Assembly: GCA_001777015.1 (NCBI GenBank)
Contig: MFCV01000044.1
Span: forward strand, 16,786-80,785
Direction of reading: 5' to 3'
Source of the DNA: Candidatus Daviesbacteria bacterium RIFCSPHIGHO2_02_FULL_36_13
Lineage (GTDB): Bacteria > Patescibacteriota > Microgenomatia > Daviesbacterales > UBA10151
Length of the DNA: 64,000 nt
Shown here: positions 48,432 to 57,477 of the stretch, piece after piece
Numbering within the stretch: the first letter of the stretch is position 1
Layout of the letters: each line of letters starts with the position of its first letter
Made by a program: the position numbers and the translations under genes
Notes under the pieces: model-generated
The model's database searches: none
What the model was told of the DNA's origin: nothing
The model's input: the letters and a program-made list of their open reading frames with translations, nothing else

Positions 48432-50708
48432 TCATATTGCCACAGGCTCAAGTCCCTTAACTTCACCCCTTGGCTTTATTGTAAATTGGTCTGCATGAGA
48501 CAGGGTATCAGAATTGGCAACTGGAAGAGTTATAGTCACAGTTGTTCCATGCCCCACTCCTTCTGAGGAAGCCTTTATTGTTCCATGCATAAGCTCTATT
48601 AAATTTTTGGAAATATATAACCCTAAACCAGTACCTCCGGAAACAGACAAAGCTGTATAAGAATTATCAAGCCTTGAGAATTTATGGAAGAGTTTAGATA
48701 AATCTTCTTTTGAAATTCCTACACCTGTATCTTTTATTGAAATTTCTACAGTTTTACCATCTGTAAAAAAGTCAAAAGTAATTTTTCCTTCCTGTGGGGT
48801 AAATTTTATGGAATTACCCACCAAATTAAGTAATACCTGACGCAGTTTATCCGGATCAGCAAAAACTTTGGGAACAGGTTTCTCCATTACCTCAAACTGA
48901 AATTTTTTATCTGTAGATTTTGAATAATAAACCTCATCAATAATATCACGAACTAAAGATAAAACATCAACAGGTTCAGGTTTAATCTCTATTTTACCTG
49001 ATTCAATCCTACTGATGTTGAGCATATCATTAACTAAATTTATCAGTCTTTGAGTAGAAATAAATACTCTGATTAGATATCTTTTTAGTTTATCTGACAA
49101 CGGCACATCAGACCTATTTAGAGCCATCCAGGCATAAGATCTTATAGCTGTCATAGGAGTACGCAATTCATGAGAGGCAATTGAGACAAAATCATCTTTT
49201 AGTTTATCTAAAACCTTCAGCTTTTCATTAGCATGTTTTAACTCTCTTGTTGCATCCTCTACCTCTTTAGTTAAAGTTATATTAAACTTTTGGATTTCTT
49301 CATATGATTTGGCATTTTGAAAAGCAATTGATGTTTCAAAAGCCATAGTGTTTAAAAAATTTATATCCTGAACGGTGTATGGATCTAGGGAGGTTTTTTC
49401 CCCAATAACTATAATCCCTATTATCTTATTATTTGTAACAAGTGGGATTATTAAAGACAATTCATTTTGATCCATAATAGTAGCCAATTGCCTAAGGCTA
49501 TTTTCCTTAAATCCAAAAACAGGTCCACTAGAAAGTTTCCTAATTTCTTCTAAATCTATAATTTTAGGGCTTTCAGGAAAATAAACAGATGTGAAGCTGT
49601 TAAAAATTTCCTCTATCTGATCTAGAGTTTTATTAAATCCCACAACTTTTTGCAAAAGATATTTATTTTTCCCATGGTCATATAAAAGTATTGCCATTTT
49701 TTTCAATTTAAAGACTTCAACTAATTGATCTATTAGGGTATCTATGAGCCTTTGCAAATCCAAACTTGTTGATAAACGTAAACCTAATTCTCTAACAACT
49801 TTCTGATAATCATACACAGACTGACCTAAAAAGTTTCTCGCTATAATTTTTGAAACTGAAGTAACTTTTTCAAAAATAAGGGTAAGTAGTGAGGATAAAA
49901 TTACAATTATTAACAAAACCCCCATTTTGAACTCCTGGCCTGTAAAAGTCCAATAAGAAATGGCTCCAATTAAAAACATTCCTGAGATAAGAAAGGTTGT
50001 TAGAGAAAATACTAAAACTTCCTGCAAAGCCACCCTTATATCCAAAAGCCTGTGTCTTGCTATAGAATAAGCTGTCATTCCAACAAAAGCTAAAGTAAAA
50101 ACAGCACTTAAGGAAAAGTACCTTGAAGTATGGAAAATAATCGGAATGAGTCCATCTAAAATAGCTGCAGCAATTCCAAAAATAGAAAGACCCAAGAACA
50201 TATACAGAAGCTGAAATTTAGCTTTTCCTGTGGCTTTTTTAAATTTTTTTACCAGATGATATATAGCAATCCCGAGCCCTGACACCGACCAAACCAAGCT
50301 TCCATACCAATAATATGGGCCAACAACAGTTTCAGGGCCTGTTGGAGTTTGATGTACGCTTGCAACAAAAAGATTTGTAAAAAGAATCATATATATTATT
50401 GGTATATTGAGGACTGAATAAATGAGGATCGCCCAACGGTTAGGTTTATCTCCATATGGAAATGCATATCCAAAAAAGAGCATTGCTCCAACCATTACAC
50501 AAACCAAAATATAAATAGCTTTTATCCAAAAAAGGCTATCAAATAAAAAGGGGTAATTATAGGGAATAAAAAGCATAGCCCAAATGCCCATCACAAAAGA
50601 GAGCCAGGCAAAAGAAAGGTTACTTAATGATTTACCATTTTTTCGGATAGGAACTACAGCTAAAATTAAACTGAGAATAGAAGCTGTAGCAATGAACAGA
50701 TTAGTCAC
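48432..50708 (-). CDS. multi-TM sensor histidine kinase with GAF-like domain
   Basis: SHELRTP H-box, NLVGNSIKF, DTGVGI, GTGLGL. Confidence 0.93.
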   Translation of the reverse strand: MTNLFIATASILSLILAVVPIRKNGKSLSNLSFAWLSFVMGIWAMLFIPYNYPFLFDSLFWIKAIYILVCVMVGAMLFFGYAFPYGDKPNRWAILIYSVLNIPIIYMILFTNLFVASVHQTPTGPETVVGPYYWYGSLVWSVSGLGIAIYHLVKKFKKATGKAKFQLLYMFLGLSIFGIAAAILDGLIPIIFHTSRYFSLSAVFTLAFVGMTAYSIARHRLLDIRVALQEVLVFSLTTFLISGMFLIGAISYWTFTGQEFKMGVLLIIVILSSLLTLIFEKVTSVSKIIARNFLGQSVYDYQKVVRELGLRLSTSLDLQRLIDTLIDQLVEVFKLKKMAILLYDHGKNKYLLQKVVGFNKTLDQIEEIFNSFTSVYFPESPKIIDLEEIRKLSSGPVFGFKENSLRQLATIMDQNELSLIIPLVTNNKIIGIIVIGEKTSLDPYTVQDINFLNTMAFETSIAFQNAKSYEEIQKFNITLTKEVEDATRELKHANEKLKVLDKLKDDFVSIASHELRTPMTAIRSYAWMALNRSDVPLSDKLKRYLIRVFISTQRLINLVNDMLNISRIESGKIEIKPEPVDVLSLVRDIIDEVYYSKSTDKKFQFEVMEKPVPKVFADPDKLRQVLLNLVGNSIKFTPQEGKITFDFFTDGKTVEISIKDTGVGISKEDLSKLFHKFSRLDNSYTALSVSGGTGLGLYISKNLIELMHGTIKASSEGVGHGTTVTITLPVANSDTLSHADQFTIKPRGEVKGLEPVAI

Positions 50709-50737
50709 TCTTTTAATGTACTACAGTTAGGGAGATT

Positions 50738-51580
50738 TTAAAACTTCTTGCCTCGCGTAATTACACCATAAGTACCTTTTGGCCAAACCTTAAATTCATC
50801 CACTACTTCAAAAGTTAAACCGGCTTTTGTATGCATCATATCTAACTCATCAAGTGTGGAATTATGTCCTAAACCAGCTTCAGCAAATTGATCAAATCTC
50901 TTAGTAACAGGAATATTCCTAATAGTATCAGCAATGCCCTTAAATCTACTTGGATGTCTTAGGGCTCTTACAGCATCCCCCATCATTATAAAAGGAACTA
51001 CTTTTTTAAAAGGCACACCAGTGAAAGTACTTAAAAGTAGCTCACCTCCAATGTTTAAAGCTTGGGCAGCCCTATTAATAACATATTCCTGCTCGCCCCT
51101 ACTTAAGTACTGAATAACAAAATTGGCTGTAGCCATTGAAAAGGAATCGCCTGGCAGCTGCCAGGGATCTTGAGTTAAATCCATTTGGCAAAGGGCAACT
51201 CTAGAACGCACATCTCTATGTTCACTTAATCTTTCTTGTGCTCGATCTAAAAAAGCCCTAGTTCCATCAACAGCTACAATGTGGGCTTTAGTTCCCGCCA
51301 GCAACGCCTCTGTTATTCTGCCATCCCCACAGCCCATATCCAAAGCATAAGATGGCTGTCCATCACTAACCCTTGGAATTGACCTTACTGCAACATCCTG
51401 AAATCTTCTCCAAAGATCTTGTGTGGTTGTAGTTCCTAATGTGCGGTGATATGTAGGAACATAGCTAGTCCAAAAAAGAGCACGTTCATCCTTTGGGATA
51501 CCTTCTAGTGTAAGATCATGTATAACAGGCTTCCCTATTCCCCTAGCCTCAAATAAACCTTCAACATTCCCAATAACCAT
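50738..51580 (-). CDS. class I SAM-dependent methyltransferase
   Basis: ALDMGCGDG, VAVDG motifs. Confidence 0.8.
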   Translation of the reverse strand: MVIGNVEGLFEARGIGKPVIHDLTLEGIPKDERALFWTSYVPTYHRTLGTTTTQDLWRRFQDVAVRSIPRVSDGQPSYALDMGCGDGRITEALLAGTKAHIVAVDGTRAFLDRAQERLSEHRDVRSRVALCQMDLTQDPWQLPGDSFSMATANFVIQYLSRGEQEYVINRAAQALNIGGELLLSTFTGVPFKKVVPFIMMGDAVRALRHPSRFKGIADTIRNIPVTKRFDQFAEAGLGHNSTLDELDMMHTKAGLTFEVVDEFKVWPKGTYGVITRGKKF

Positions 51581-51619
51581 AAAACTGATATTAAGACTTT
51601 ATTTAATGAAATGCAAGTA

Positions 51620-51740
51620 TCACCTGGAGATTTTTTTGGAGTCAGACAGACAAAGGCTTGCTGTTGGCATAGCCAGAAGTCTACCTATTTCTATTTGTTT
51701 TTTGCACTTCTCACACTTTCCATAAGTGCCTTTGCAAATC
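51620..51740 (-). pseudogene. orphan 3' end of a dksA-like gene
   Basis: reads KGTYGKCEKCKKQIEIGRLLAMPTASLCLSDSKKISR*, has no start and an in-frame TAG upstream. Confidence 0.85.
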
Positions 51741-51819
51741 TTCTAATTGCTCTTTTTCTGTTTGGTTTAGCCTCAGGCAATGGAGGATTAAAATATACTA
51801 TTGAGATCATTTCGGTTTC

Positions 51820-51848
51820 TTGACATATTGTCATATATATGCTATAAT
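51820..51848 (+). promoter_or_regulatory. TA promoter with overlapping operator palindrome
   Basis: TTGACA-17 nt-TATAAT; TGACA-TAT-TGTCA at 51821-51833. Confidence 0.75.
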
Positions 51849-51857
51849 CAATTTACT

Positions 51858-52097
51858 ATGTTGATAAGAACTACTCTTAGAATAAAGGAAGACTTAAAAA
51901 AGAGTGCAGAGCAGAAAGCTTTGCAGGATGATGTGACCTTACAGGAAGTATTTAACCGCGCTCTTGAAGATTATCTTGAAAAAGATGCTAAAAAACAAGC
52001 TAAAAGAATAGTTTTTAAAACTCACGACTTAGGTGTCCCCCTTGATAACTTAACCAGAAAAGATTTTTATCCGGAACCTAAATTGGATGATTATTGA
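51858..52097 (+). CDS. ribbon-helix-helix antitoxin (VapB-like)
   Basis: IRTTLRIKEDLKKSAEQKA....TLQEVFNRALEDYL; directly upstream of a PIN gene. Confidence 0.8.
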   Translation: MLIRTTLRIKEDLKKSAEQKALQDDVTLQEVFNRALEDYLEKDAKKQAKRIVFKTHDLGVPLDNLTRKDFYPEPKLDDY

Positions 52098-52497
52098 TTC
52101 AAATATTTTAGTTTTTTCAATAAATAAACGCTCCCCTAAACACAAAAAAGCTCAAAAATTCTTACAAGAAAATTTGGGTAAATTGCAGGTTGCTCATCAG
52201 AATATTTTTGAAACACTGAGAGTTCTTACTTATCCCAAGTTCCCAAATCCCTTAAAAATAAAGGATGCAATAGAGGCAGTAGAACGTATTTTGAGAGTAT
52301 GCAGCATAGTTTCTCCAAACTGGAAAACAGAAAGCATTGCTCTAGAATTAATTAAAAAATACTCTCTTTCGTCTGATATGGTCTTTGATGCATACCTGGC
52401 GGCTACAGCCCTAAGTAATGATATAGACACTATTGCCACGGATAATGTAAAAGACTTCTCTAAATTTAAAGAAGTCACAATTATCAATCCTTTTTAA
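52087..52497 (+). CDS. PIN-domain toxin (VapC-like)
   Basis: IIDSNILV, E, FDAYLAATAL, IATDNVKDF acidic tetrad. Confidence 0.9.
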   Translation: MIIDSNILVFSINKRSPKHKKAQKFLQENLGKLQVAHQNIFETLRVLTYPKFPNPLKIKDAIEAVERILRVCSIVSPNWKTESIALELIKKYSLSSDMVFDAYLAATALSNDIDTIATDNVKDFSKFKEVTIINPF

Positions 52498-52514
52498 AAC
52501 GTTTAATCTAAATA

Positions 52515-52871
52515 TTATTTTTGGGCTTTGGAGCAGGATAAACAGAGACTGGCTGTAGGCATAGCCATCAATCTGCCAACTTCAATTTGCTTGCCGCAAT
52601 TCTCACACTTTCCATAAGTGCCTTTGCCAATTTTTGATAAAGCCAATTGAATATTTTTATTGGCCTTATTTAATTGTTCTCCTAGAGCCATAACCCTGGT
52701 GTGAGCATCAGCAATGTATGAATCAGTGCCTGGTTCTGAGGATTCTGCCAAAACTTCCTCTTTAGCAGGATCTTCTTTTTGTATTTCTTTTATTTCTTTT
52801 TCTACTTCTTTTTTTTGCTTGAGAAGCAAATCTTTAATAGATTTAATTGTTTTTGAAGGAAAATCTAACAT
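52515..52871 (-). CDS. DksA/TraR C4 zinc-finger protein
   Basis: coiled coil plus GTYGKCENCGKQI...RL.AMPTA.LCLSC. Confidence 0.9.
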   Translation of the reverse strand: MLDFPSKTIKSIKDLLLKQKKEVEKEIKEIQKEDPAKEEVLAESSEPGTDSYIADAHTRVMALGEQLNKANKNIQLALSKIGKGTYGKCENCGKQIEVGRLMAMPTASLCLSCSKAQK

Positions 52872-53745
52872 TAAGCTTTTTTAACCCTTTCTTCATATTC
52901 CTTAATGTCCAGGAAAATGAGGTTTTCTGATTATACCAATATTTCGAAAACTTAGAAAGGGCATCTTTTCTGACTTCTGAACTGAAAATTAGGCTTTTAA
53001 TATAGTAAAGAGAAGATTTTATATCTGCTTCCAGCCTTCTTTTGGAAATTTTATAAAAAACAAATATTCCAATAATGGTTAGAGCTGTTGAGAATAGGAG
53101 CCCATCATAAGAATCTTTAAAAGGAGCAGTTAAGATATTTATCACTCCAATGTAAATTAAGGAAAAACTTAGTATTTTTCCCCTTTGATGAAAATGGATA
53201 GAGGCAGACCAAAGTTTTAAAAGAGTAAGAGTTAGCAAAAAAGCCTCCAAAAGTTGAATAGGCAATCTCCTACCAACTTCTCCAACCATATCAACAGCAA
53301 AGAATAAATCAGATGGAGCTCCAACATTACACCCTCCTAAAAAACACCCTAGACTAACAAAAATTAAACCAGTAATCAGCCCTATTGAGGCAATATCAGC
53401 ACTCATCCAAAAATCCATCTTCTTTTTTTTGGAAAAGAAGTAGAGACTGGCAAAACCCCCTATTAATGCTCCTACAAAGTTAAATCCTGGAATTTTATTA
53501 AAAAAGAAAATATCCAAAATATTTTCCGAAAATAAATCTAAATTGCTAAAGGCAAAATAAAACCTGGCACCAATTAACCCTCCTAAAAAGGTTAAAATTG
53601 TGAGATCCAAAACCTTTTCTTCATCCAAATCCCAGGCACGGGTGAGCCTCCAAATTAAAAAAACAGAAACAAAAAAACCTAAAGCCATTAAAACTCCAAA
53701 AGAAGAAATTGGAATCTTGCCAATAGTAAAAAGTACAGGAAACAT
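52843..53745 (-). CDS. lgt: prolipoprotein diacylglyceryl transferase-like protein
   Basis: MFPVLF.IG...ISSFG, GGLIGAR, LGCFLGGC, P.QLLE; ATG at 53745 preferred. Confidence 0.75.
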   Translation of the reverse strand: MFPVLFTIGKIPISSFGVLMALGFFVSVFLIWRLTRAWDLDEEKVLDLTILTFLGGLIGARFYFAFSNLDLFSENILDIFFFNKIPGFNFVGALIGGFASLYFFSKKKKMDFWMSADIASIGLITGLIFVSLGCFLGGCNVGAPSDLFFAVDMVGEVGRRLPIQLLEAFLLTLTLLKLWSASIHFHQRGKILSFSLIYIGVINILTAPFKDSYDGLLFSTALTIIGIFVFYKISKRRLEADIKSSLYYIKSLIFSSEVRKDALSKFSKYWYNQKTSFSWTLRNMKKGLKKLNVRFSFKNN

Positions 53746-53818
53746 AAACGTAAAGGAAAAGGGTAACATATTAGGAAGTTTGAATCAAATTGACAGGGTC
53801 TGTTATACTGGTATGTAC

Positions 53819-54268
53819 ATGACAGCAACAGCTCACGCACTGGTTGGTGGAACTATAGCAGCAGCCCTGCCTGGAAATCCCTCTTTAGCAATTACCCTTT
53901 GTGCCATTTCTCACCCAATATTAGACATGATCCCTCACTGGGATTTTGGCATTGGCTGGAAAAAGAAAAACAAGATTCTCTTATTTTTGCAAGCTTTTGG
54001 TGATTTAGCTTTTGGAGTAATTGTGACCTTTCTAATATTTGGAAGAATGGTTGATCCTTTTTATCTTTTTCTTTGTATCCTGATCTCAGAATCCTGGGAT
54101 ATTCTACAAATGCCATACCTTCTTTGGGGCTGGAAGTATCCATTTTCCTTCTTTTATGAGTTTGGACACAATACTAACAGCAGAGCCTCTTTGCCTTGGG
54201 GAATTATTACACAAGTAGCCTCAGTTGGAGGAATAGCCCTAGCCCTCCGAACCCTCCCAGTTCACTAA
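53819..54268 (+). CDS. membrane protein with metal-binding His/Asp motifs
   Basis: MTATAHALVG, SHPILDMIPHWD; TGtTATACT promoter at 53801; the upstream part of the listed ORF is antisense to lgt. Confidence 0.7.
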   Translation: MTATAHALVGGTIAAALPGNPSLAITLCAISHPILDMIPHWDFGIGWKKKNKILLFLQAFGDLAFGVIVTFLIFGRMVDPFYLFLCILISESWDILQMPYLLWGWKYPFSFFYEFGHNTNSRASLPWGIITQVASVGGIALALRTLPVH

Positions 54269-55149
54269 TCAGAAGATGTTTCTTTTAAGTATTTTTTAAA
54301 TTCTTCTCCTATTTCAGGATGAACTTTGGCTAAATCTACCACTGTTTTCATGTATTCTAATTTATTTCCTGTGTCATAATATTTGCCATTTTCTATAACT
54401 ACTGTATATAAAGGTACTCCTTCTTCCTGCAGCATATTTATAGCATCAACCAGCCAAACTTCATCCCCATCTTTTGGAGCTAATTTTCTTAAAGCTCCAA
54501 AAATCTCAGGAGGTAAAATATAGGCCCCATGAGTAGCTATATCAGAAGGAGCATTGTCAGGATCCGGCTTTTCCACAATCCTTTTTATTTTAAATACATT
54601 CCCTTCCACAGGCTCCAATTCTGCTATACCATATCTTTTTAAATCTTCCTTTTTTTCAATTTTAACTCCAGAAATAACCATTCCCCCATATTTTTCATAA
54701 ACATCTATCATTTGTTTAAGTCTTGGGGGTTCTGCCAAAATAAACTCATCTCCCCAAATTACAGCAAAAGGTTCATCCTCTATGACAGCCTCTCCAGCTA
54801 AAACAGGAGTACCATTACCATAAGGACCTTTTTGTCTGACATAAATAAAATTTGCCATATTGGAGATATGTTCAATTTGTTCTAAGGCTTTGGCTTTATT
54901 GCCATTTTTAAGATTTTGAACTAAATCCTCATTTGGCTCATCAAAATGATCTTCAATTGCCCTTTTGGTACTACCTGTAACTATAATAATATTTTCTATT
55001 CCAGAATTAACTATTTCCTCTACCACATATTGAATAACAGGCTTATCAACAATGGGAAGCATTTCCTTAGGCATGGCCTTGGTTTGTGGTAAAAATCTTG
55101 TTCCAAATCCAGCAGCAGGTATTAAAGCTTTTGTTATTTTCTTAGACAT
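54265..55149 (-). CDS. galU: UTP--glucose-1-phosphate uridylyltransferase
   Basis: IPAAGFGTRFLPQTKAMPKEMLPIVDKP, VEKP, YDTG. Confidence 0.95.
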   Translation of the reverse strand: MSKKITKALIPAAGFGTRFLPQTKAMPKEMLPIVDKPVIQYVVEEIVNSGIENIIIVTGSTKRAIEDHFDEPNEDLVQNLKNGNKAKALEQIEHISNMANFIYVRQKGPYGNGTPVLAGEAVIEDEPFAVIWGDEFILAEPPRLKQMIDVYEKYGGMVISGVKIEKKEDLKRYGIAELEPVEGNVFKIKRIVEKPDPDNAPSDIATHGAYILPPEIFGALRKLAPKDGDEVWLVDAINMLQEEGVPLYTVVIENGKYYDTGNKLEYMKTVVDLAKVHPEIGEEFKKYLKETSSD

Positions 55150-55178
55150 AATTCTACTTATATTATCACATTCTAAAA

Positions 55179-55276
55179 TGTCATTCTGAGGCGAAGCCGA
55201 AGAATCTCTCGCGAATGCGAGTATTAAGGTATCTAGAATACATCTAGAGATCCTTCGCTAATCACTCAGGATGACA
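55179..55276. repeat. REP-like nested inverted repeat
   Basis: TGTCATTCTGAG...GAAGAATCTC...GAGATCCTTC...CTCAGGATGACA. Confidence 0.8.
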
Positions 55277-55283
55277 CTTTGTG

Positions 55284-55847
55284 TCACTTAACCCTCTCCA
55301 CATATTCCCCTGATCTTGTATCAACCTTAATTTTTTCTCCATTTTTCATAAACATAGGCACCTTTACAACTAAACCATTATCTAAAGTAGCTTCCTTAAA
55401 AACATTAGATACAGTATTTCCTCTCTCCCCAGGTCCTGTATCCACTATTTCATAATTTAAGCTTAAAGGAAGCTCCAATCCTAATACTTCCTCATCAGAA
55501 ACAATTAATATTAAGTCCAATCCATCCTTTAAAAATTTTACCTGCTCACCTAAAACAGAACCCTGGACGCTGAATTGTTCAAAGGAAACTGGGTCCATAA
55601 AAGAATAAGTATCGGAATCTTTGTATAAAAATTGGGCCTTTTTCTTTTCAACATCAGCCTCTTCAACTCTGGCTCCAGTGATATAAGATTTTTCGAGAAC
55701 TGCACCAGTCCTTAGATTCCTGCACTTCAGCTTAATATTACCGGAACCTCTTCCGGTCTTCATATGTTCATATGTCACAACTGAAAAAATATCTTTGCCC
55801 TCTTTTATAAAAGCACCATTTCTAAGTTCATTTACATTTCCTGCCAT
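55284..55847 (-). CDS. efp: elongation factor P
   Basis: KTGRGSG loop, QFLYKD, FMD..SFEQ, G.RGNT, VDTRSGEYVER. Confidence 0.95.
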   Translation of the reverse strand: MAGNVNELRNGAFIKEGKDIFSVVTYEHMKTGRGSGNIKLKCRNLRTGAVLEKSYITGARVEEADVEKKKAQFLYKDSDTYSFMDPVSFEQFSVQGSVLGEQVKFLKDGLDLILIVSDEEVLGLELPLSLNYEIVDTGPGERGNTVSNVFKEATLDNGLVVKVPMFMKNGEKIKVDTRSGEYVERVK

Positions 55848-55929
55848 AATCTTTGGATTTTACGTTTTTTGTAAAAAAAAGGCAAGCTATGCTTACCATA
55901 AAAGTGCCTAAAAGTGATATAATTTAGCT

Positions 55930-56379
55930 ATGAATGAAGATGAAAGATTGGCAAAATTGAGAGAGGCTTATGAAACAGCTCTGCTAAAACCTGCTCAAGC
56001 CAGATTAGATCAGGCAAATGAGGAATATGCCCTAACCCCAAAACTTAATGATTCTGTTACAGATATGGCCTTTGATGCAAATGGTAGACCCAATCCAAAA
56101 GATGCTGTAAGGATTCAAAAAATGGAAGATGAAAGAGGAAATGTAATTTATTTATCTTACCCAATAGGTCAACCTACAAGAACCTCACTTGAAGATTTGA
56201 GGGCATTATCATTGAGGATTTTGGATCAAAGAACTGCTTTTGAACAATTAGATCCTAAAGTTAGCTCTACATTATCTGAAGCTGATAAAGAGCCATTCAA
56301 AGATCACTTGCAAAATAGAGCTCTTGGAGAAAGATTTGCAGAATTAAAAACCAACTCTCCCCACCCCTCCTCCAAATAA
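55930..56379 (+). CDS. hypothetical protein
   Basis: TGaTATAAT ends 6 nt before the ATG. Confidence 0.65.
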   Translation: MNEDERLAKLREAYETALLKPAQARLDQANEEYALTPKLNDSVTDMAFDANGRPNPKDAVRIQKMEDERGNVIYLSYPIGQPTRTSLEDLRALSLRILDQRTAFEQLDPKVSSTLSEADKEPFKDHLQNRALGERFAELKTNSPHPSSK

Positions 56380-56428
56380 CTAGGAGGCTAATTGACTTCC
56401 ATCTATTCTGAACCTATAATATCTTTCT

Positions 56429-56917
56429 ATGAGAGACGAAGTTTTAAAAATCTATCAATATATGCCAGCAGCTGTACTCCAACCAGTGGTTGGAAGAAGA
56501 CTGATAATCGCTCGTGGTCAAAACGAGATGGGTCTAAGAGTTGTTGATAATCGGGTTATGAAGTTGCTAGCTGAAGAAGGAAGAGATCAAGATCCTCTAG
56601 CCATATTAAGAGGCCATGGTAATTCTGTGGAACAATTTTTAGGCTTGCATCAACAAACCCGAAGAAGAATAAGAGCTTTTATCCAAAATACTAATTTTTC
56701 TCTTTTGGAAGAAGAACCTACAATAAATAATATTTGGGTCGGAGAAGATGTTGAGCTTTTAAAGCCTGAGGATGTGGGGGAGAAAATTGTTGCCAGAGGA
56801 GTAACTGATAGAGAAATAAGTGGTGGAAGAAGATTTCCAGAAATGATAGTTAGGGCTGCTAATGGACGTCTCTACCCTGCTACAAAAAATGACATTGTCA
56901 TAAACGAACCTGTTTAA
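56429..56917 (+). CDS. hypothetical protein
   Basis: TTGACT-17 nt-TATAAT ending 8 nt before the ATG. Confidence 0.65.
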   Translation: MRDEVLKIYQYMPAAVLQPVVGRRLIIARGQNEMGLRVVDNRVMKLLAEEGRDQDPLAILRGHGNSVEQFLGLHQQTRRRIRAFIQNTNFSLLEEEPTINNIWVGEDVELLKPEDVGEKIVARGVTDREISGGRRFPEMIVRAANGRLYPATKNDIVINEPV

Positions 56918-56922
56918 AGAAA

Positions 56923-57468
56923 CTAAACAGCTTTAATTATTTCAACATGAAAGGCTGTCCCAACTGGAGTTACTTTTATATCTAAAGACGGATTATCCAT
57001 TTTATTTTGTTCAAATCCTTCCACTACCTTTGCTTTCAAAACTGCTGTCCCTTCTAGATTTGGGACTGGATTACGCATGTGTTTGCTATCTTTATTTGAA
57101 TCAAAATCTGTTTGTATTGTCCTATTGTATGGCTCTTCAAAATCATATTCAGCAATGACTATCCCATTTTCATCCTGCGAAAACGGTATTCCGAATAAAG
57201 CAGCTACTACTAATCGTTTAGCCTGTTCTTTATTGGGAATCCTGCTCATATTAGCCAGAGGCGCCTCTGGCATACCCCGACTCAATTTATCTATAAAATC
57301 CAGAGAAACTCCTTCGGAAAACGTAAAACCTTCAAGAGGCTGATCCAGCAATACTCTAATTTTTTCCAATTCACCCTGATAACCTAAAGCTATAATTTGA
57401 TTTGTAGCTACTCTGGAAATTAATCCTCTTATGGGATCCTCACTCGCAGCCTCACTCTCATAGTACAT
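56923..57468 (-). CDS. hypothetical protein
   Basis: ORF following pepN on the same strand. Confidence 0.6.
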   Translation of the reverse strand: MYYESEAASEDPIRGLISRVATNQIIALGYQGELEKIRVLLDQPLEGFTFSEGVSLDFIDKLSRGMPEAPLANMSRIPNKEQAKRLVVAALFGIPFSQDENGIVIAEYDFEEPYNRTIQTDFDSNKDSKHMRNPVPNLEGTAVLKAKVVEGFEQNKMDNPSLDIKVTPVGTAFHVEIIKAV

Positions 57469-57477
57469 ATCTTTAAA

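Larger units (their letters stand above)
51708..52627. mobile_element. TA module bounded by 28-bp direct repeats in dksA
   Basis: TTCTCACACTTTCCATAAGTGCCTTTGC at 51708-51735 and 52600-52627. Confidence 0.7.
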
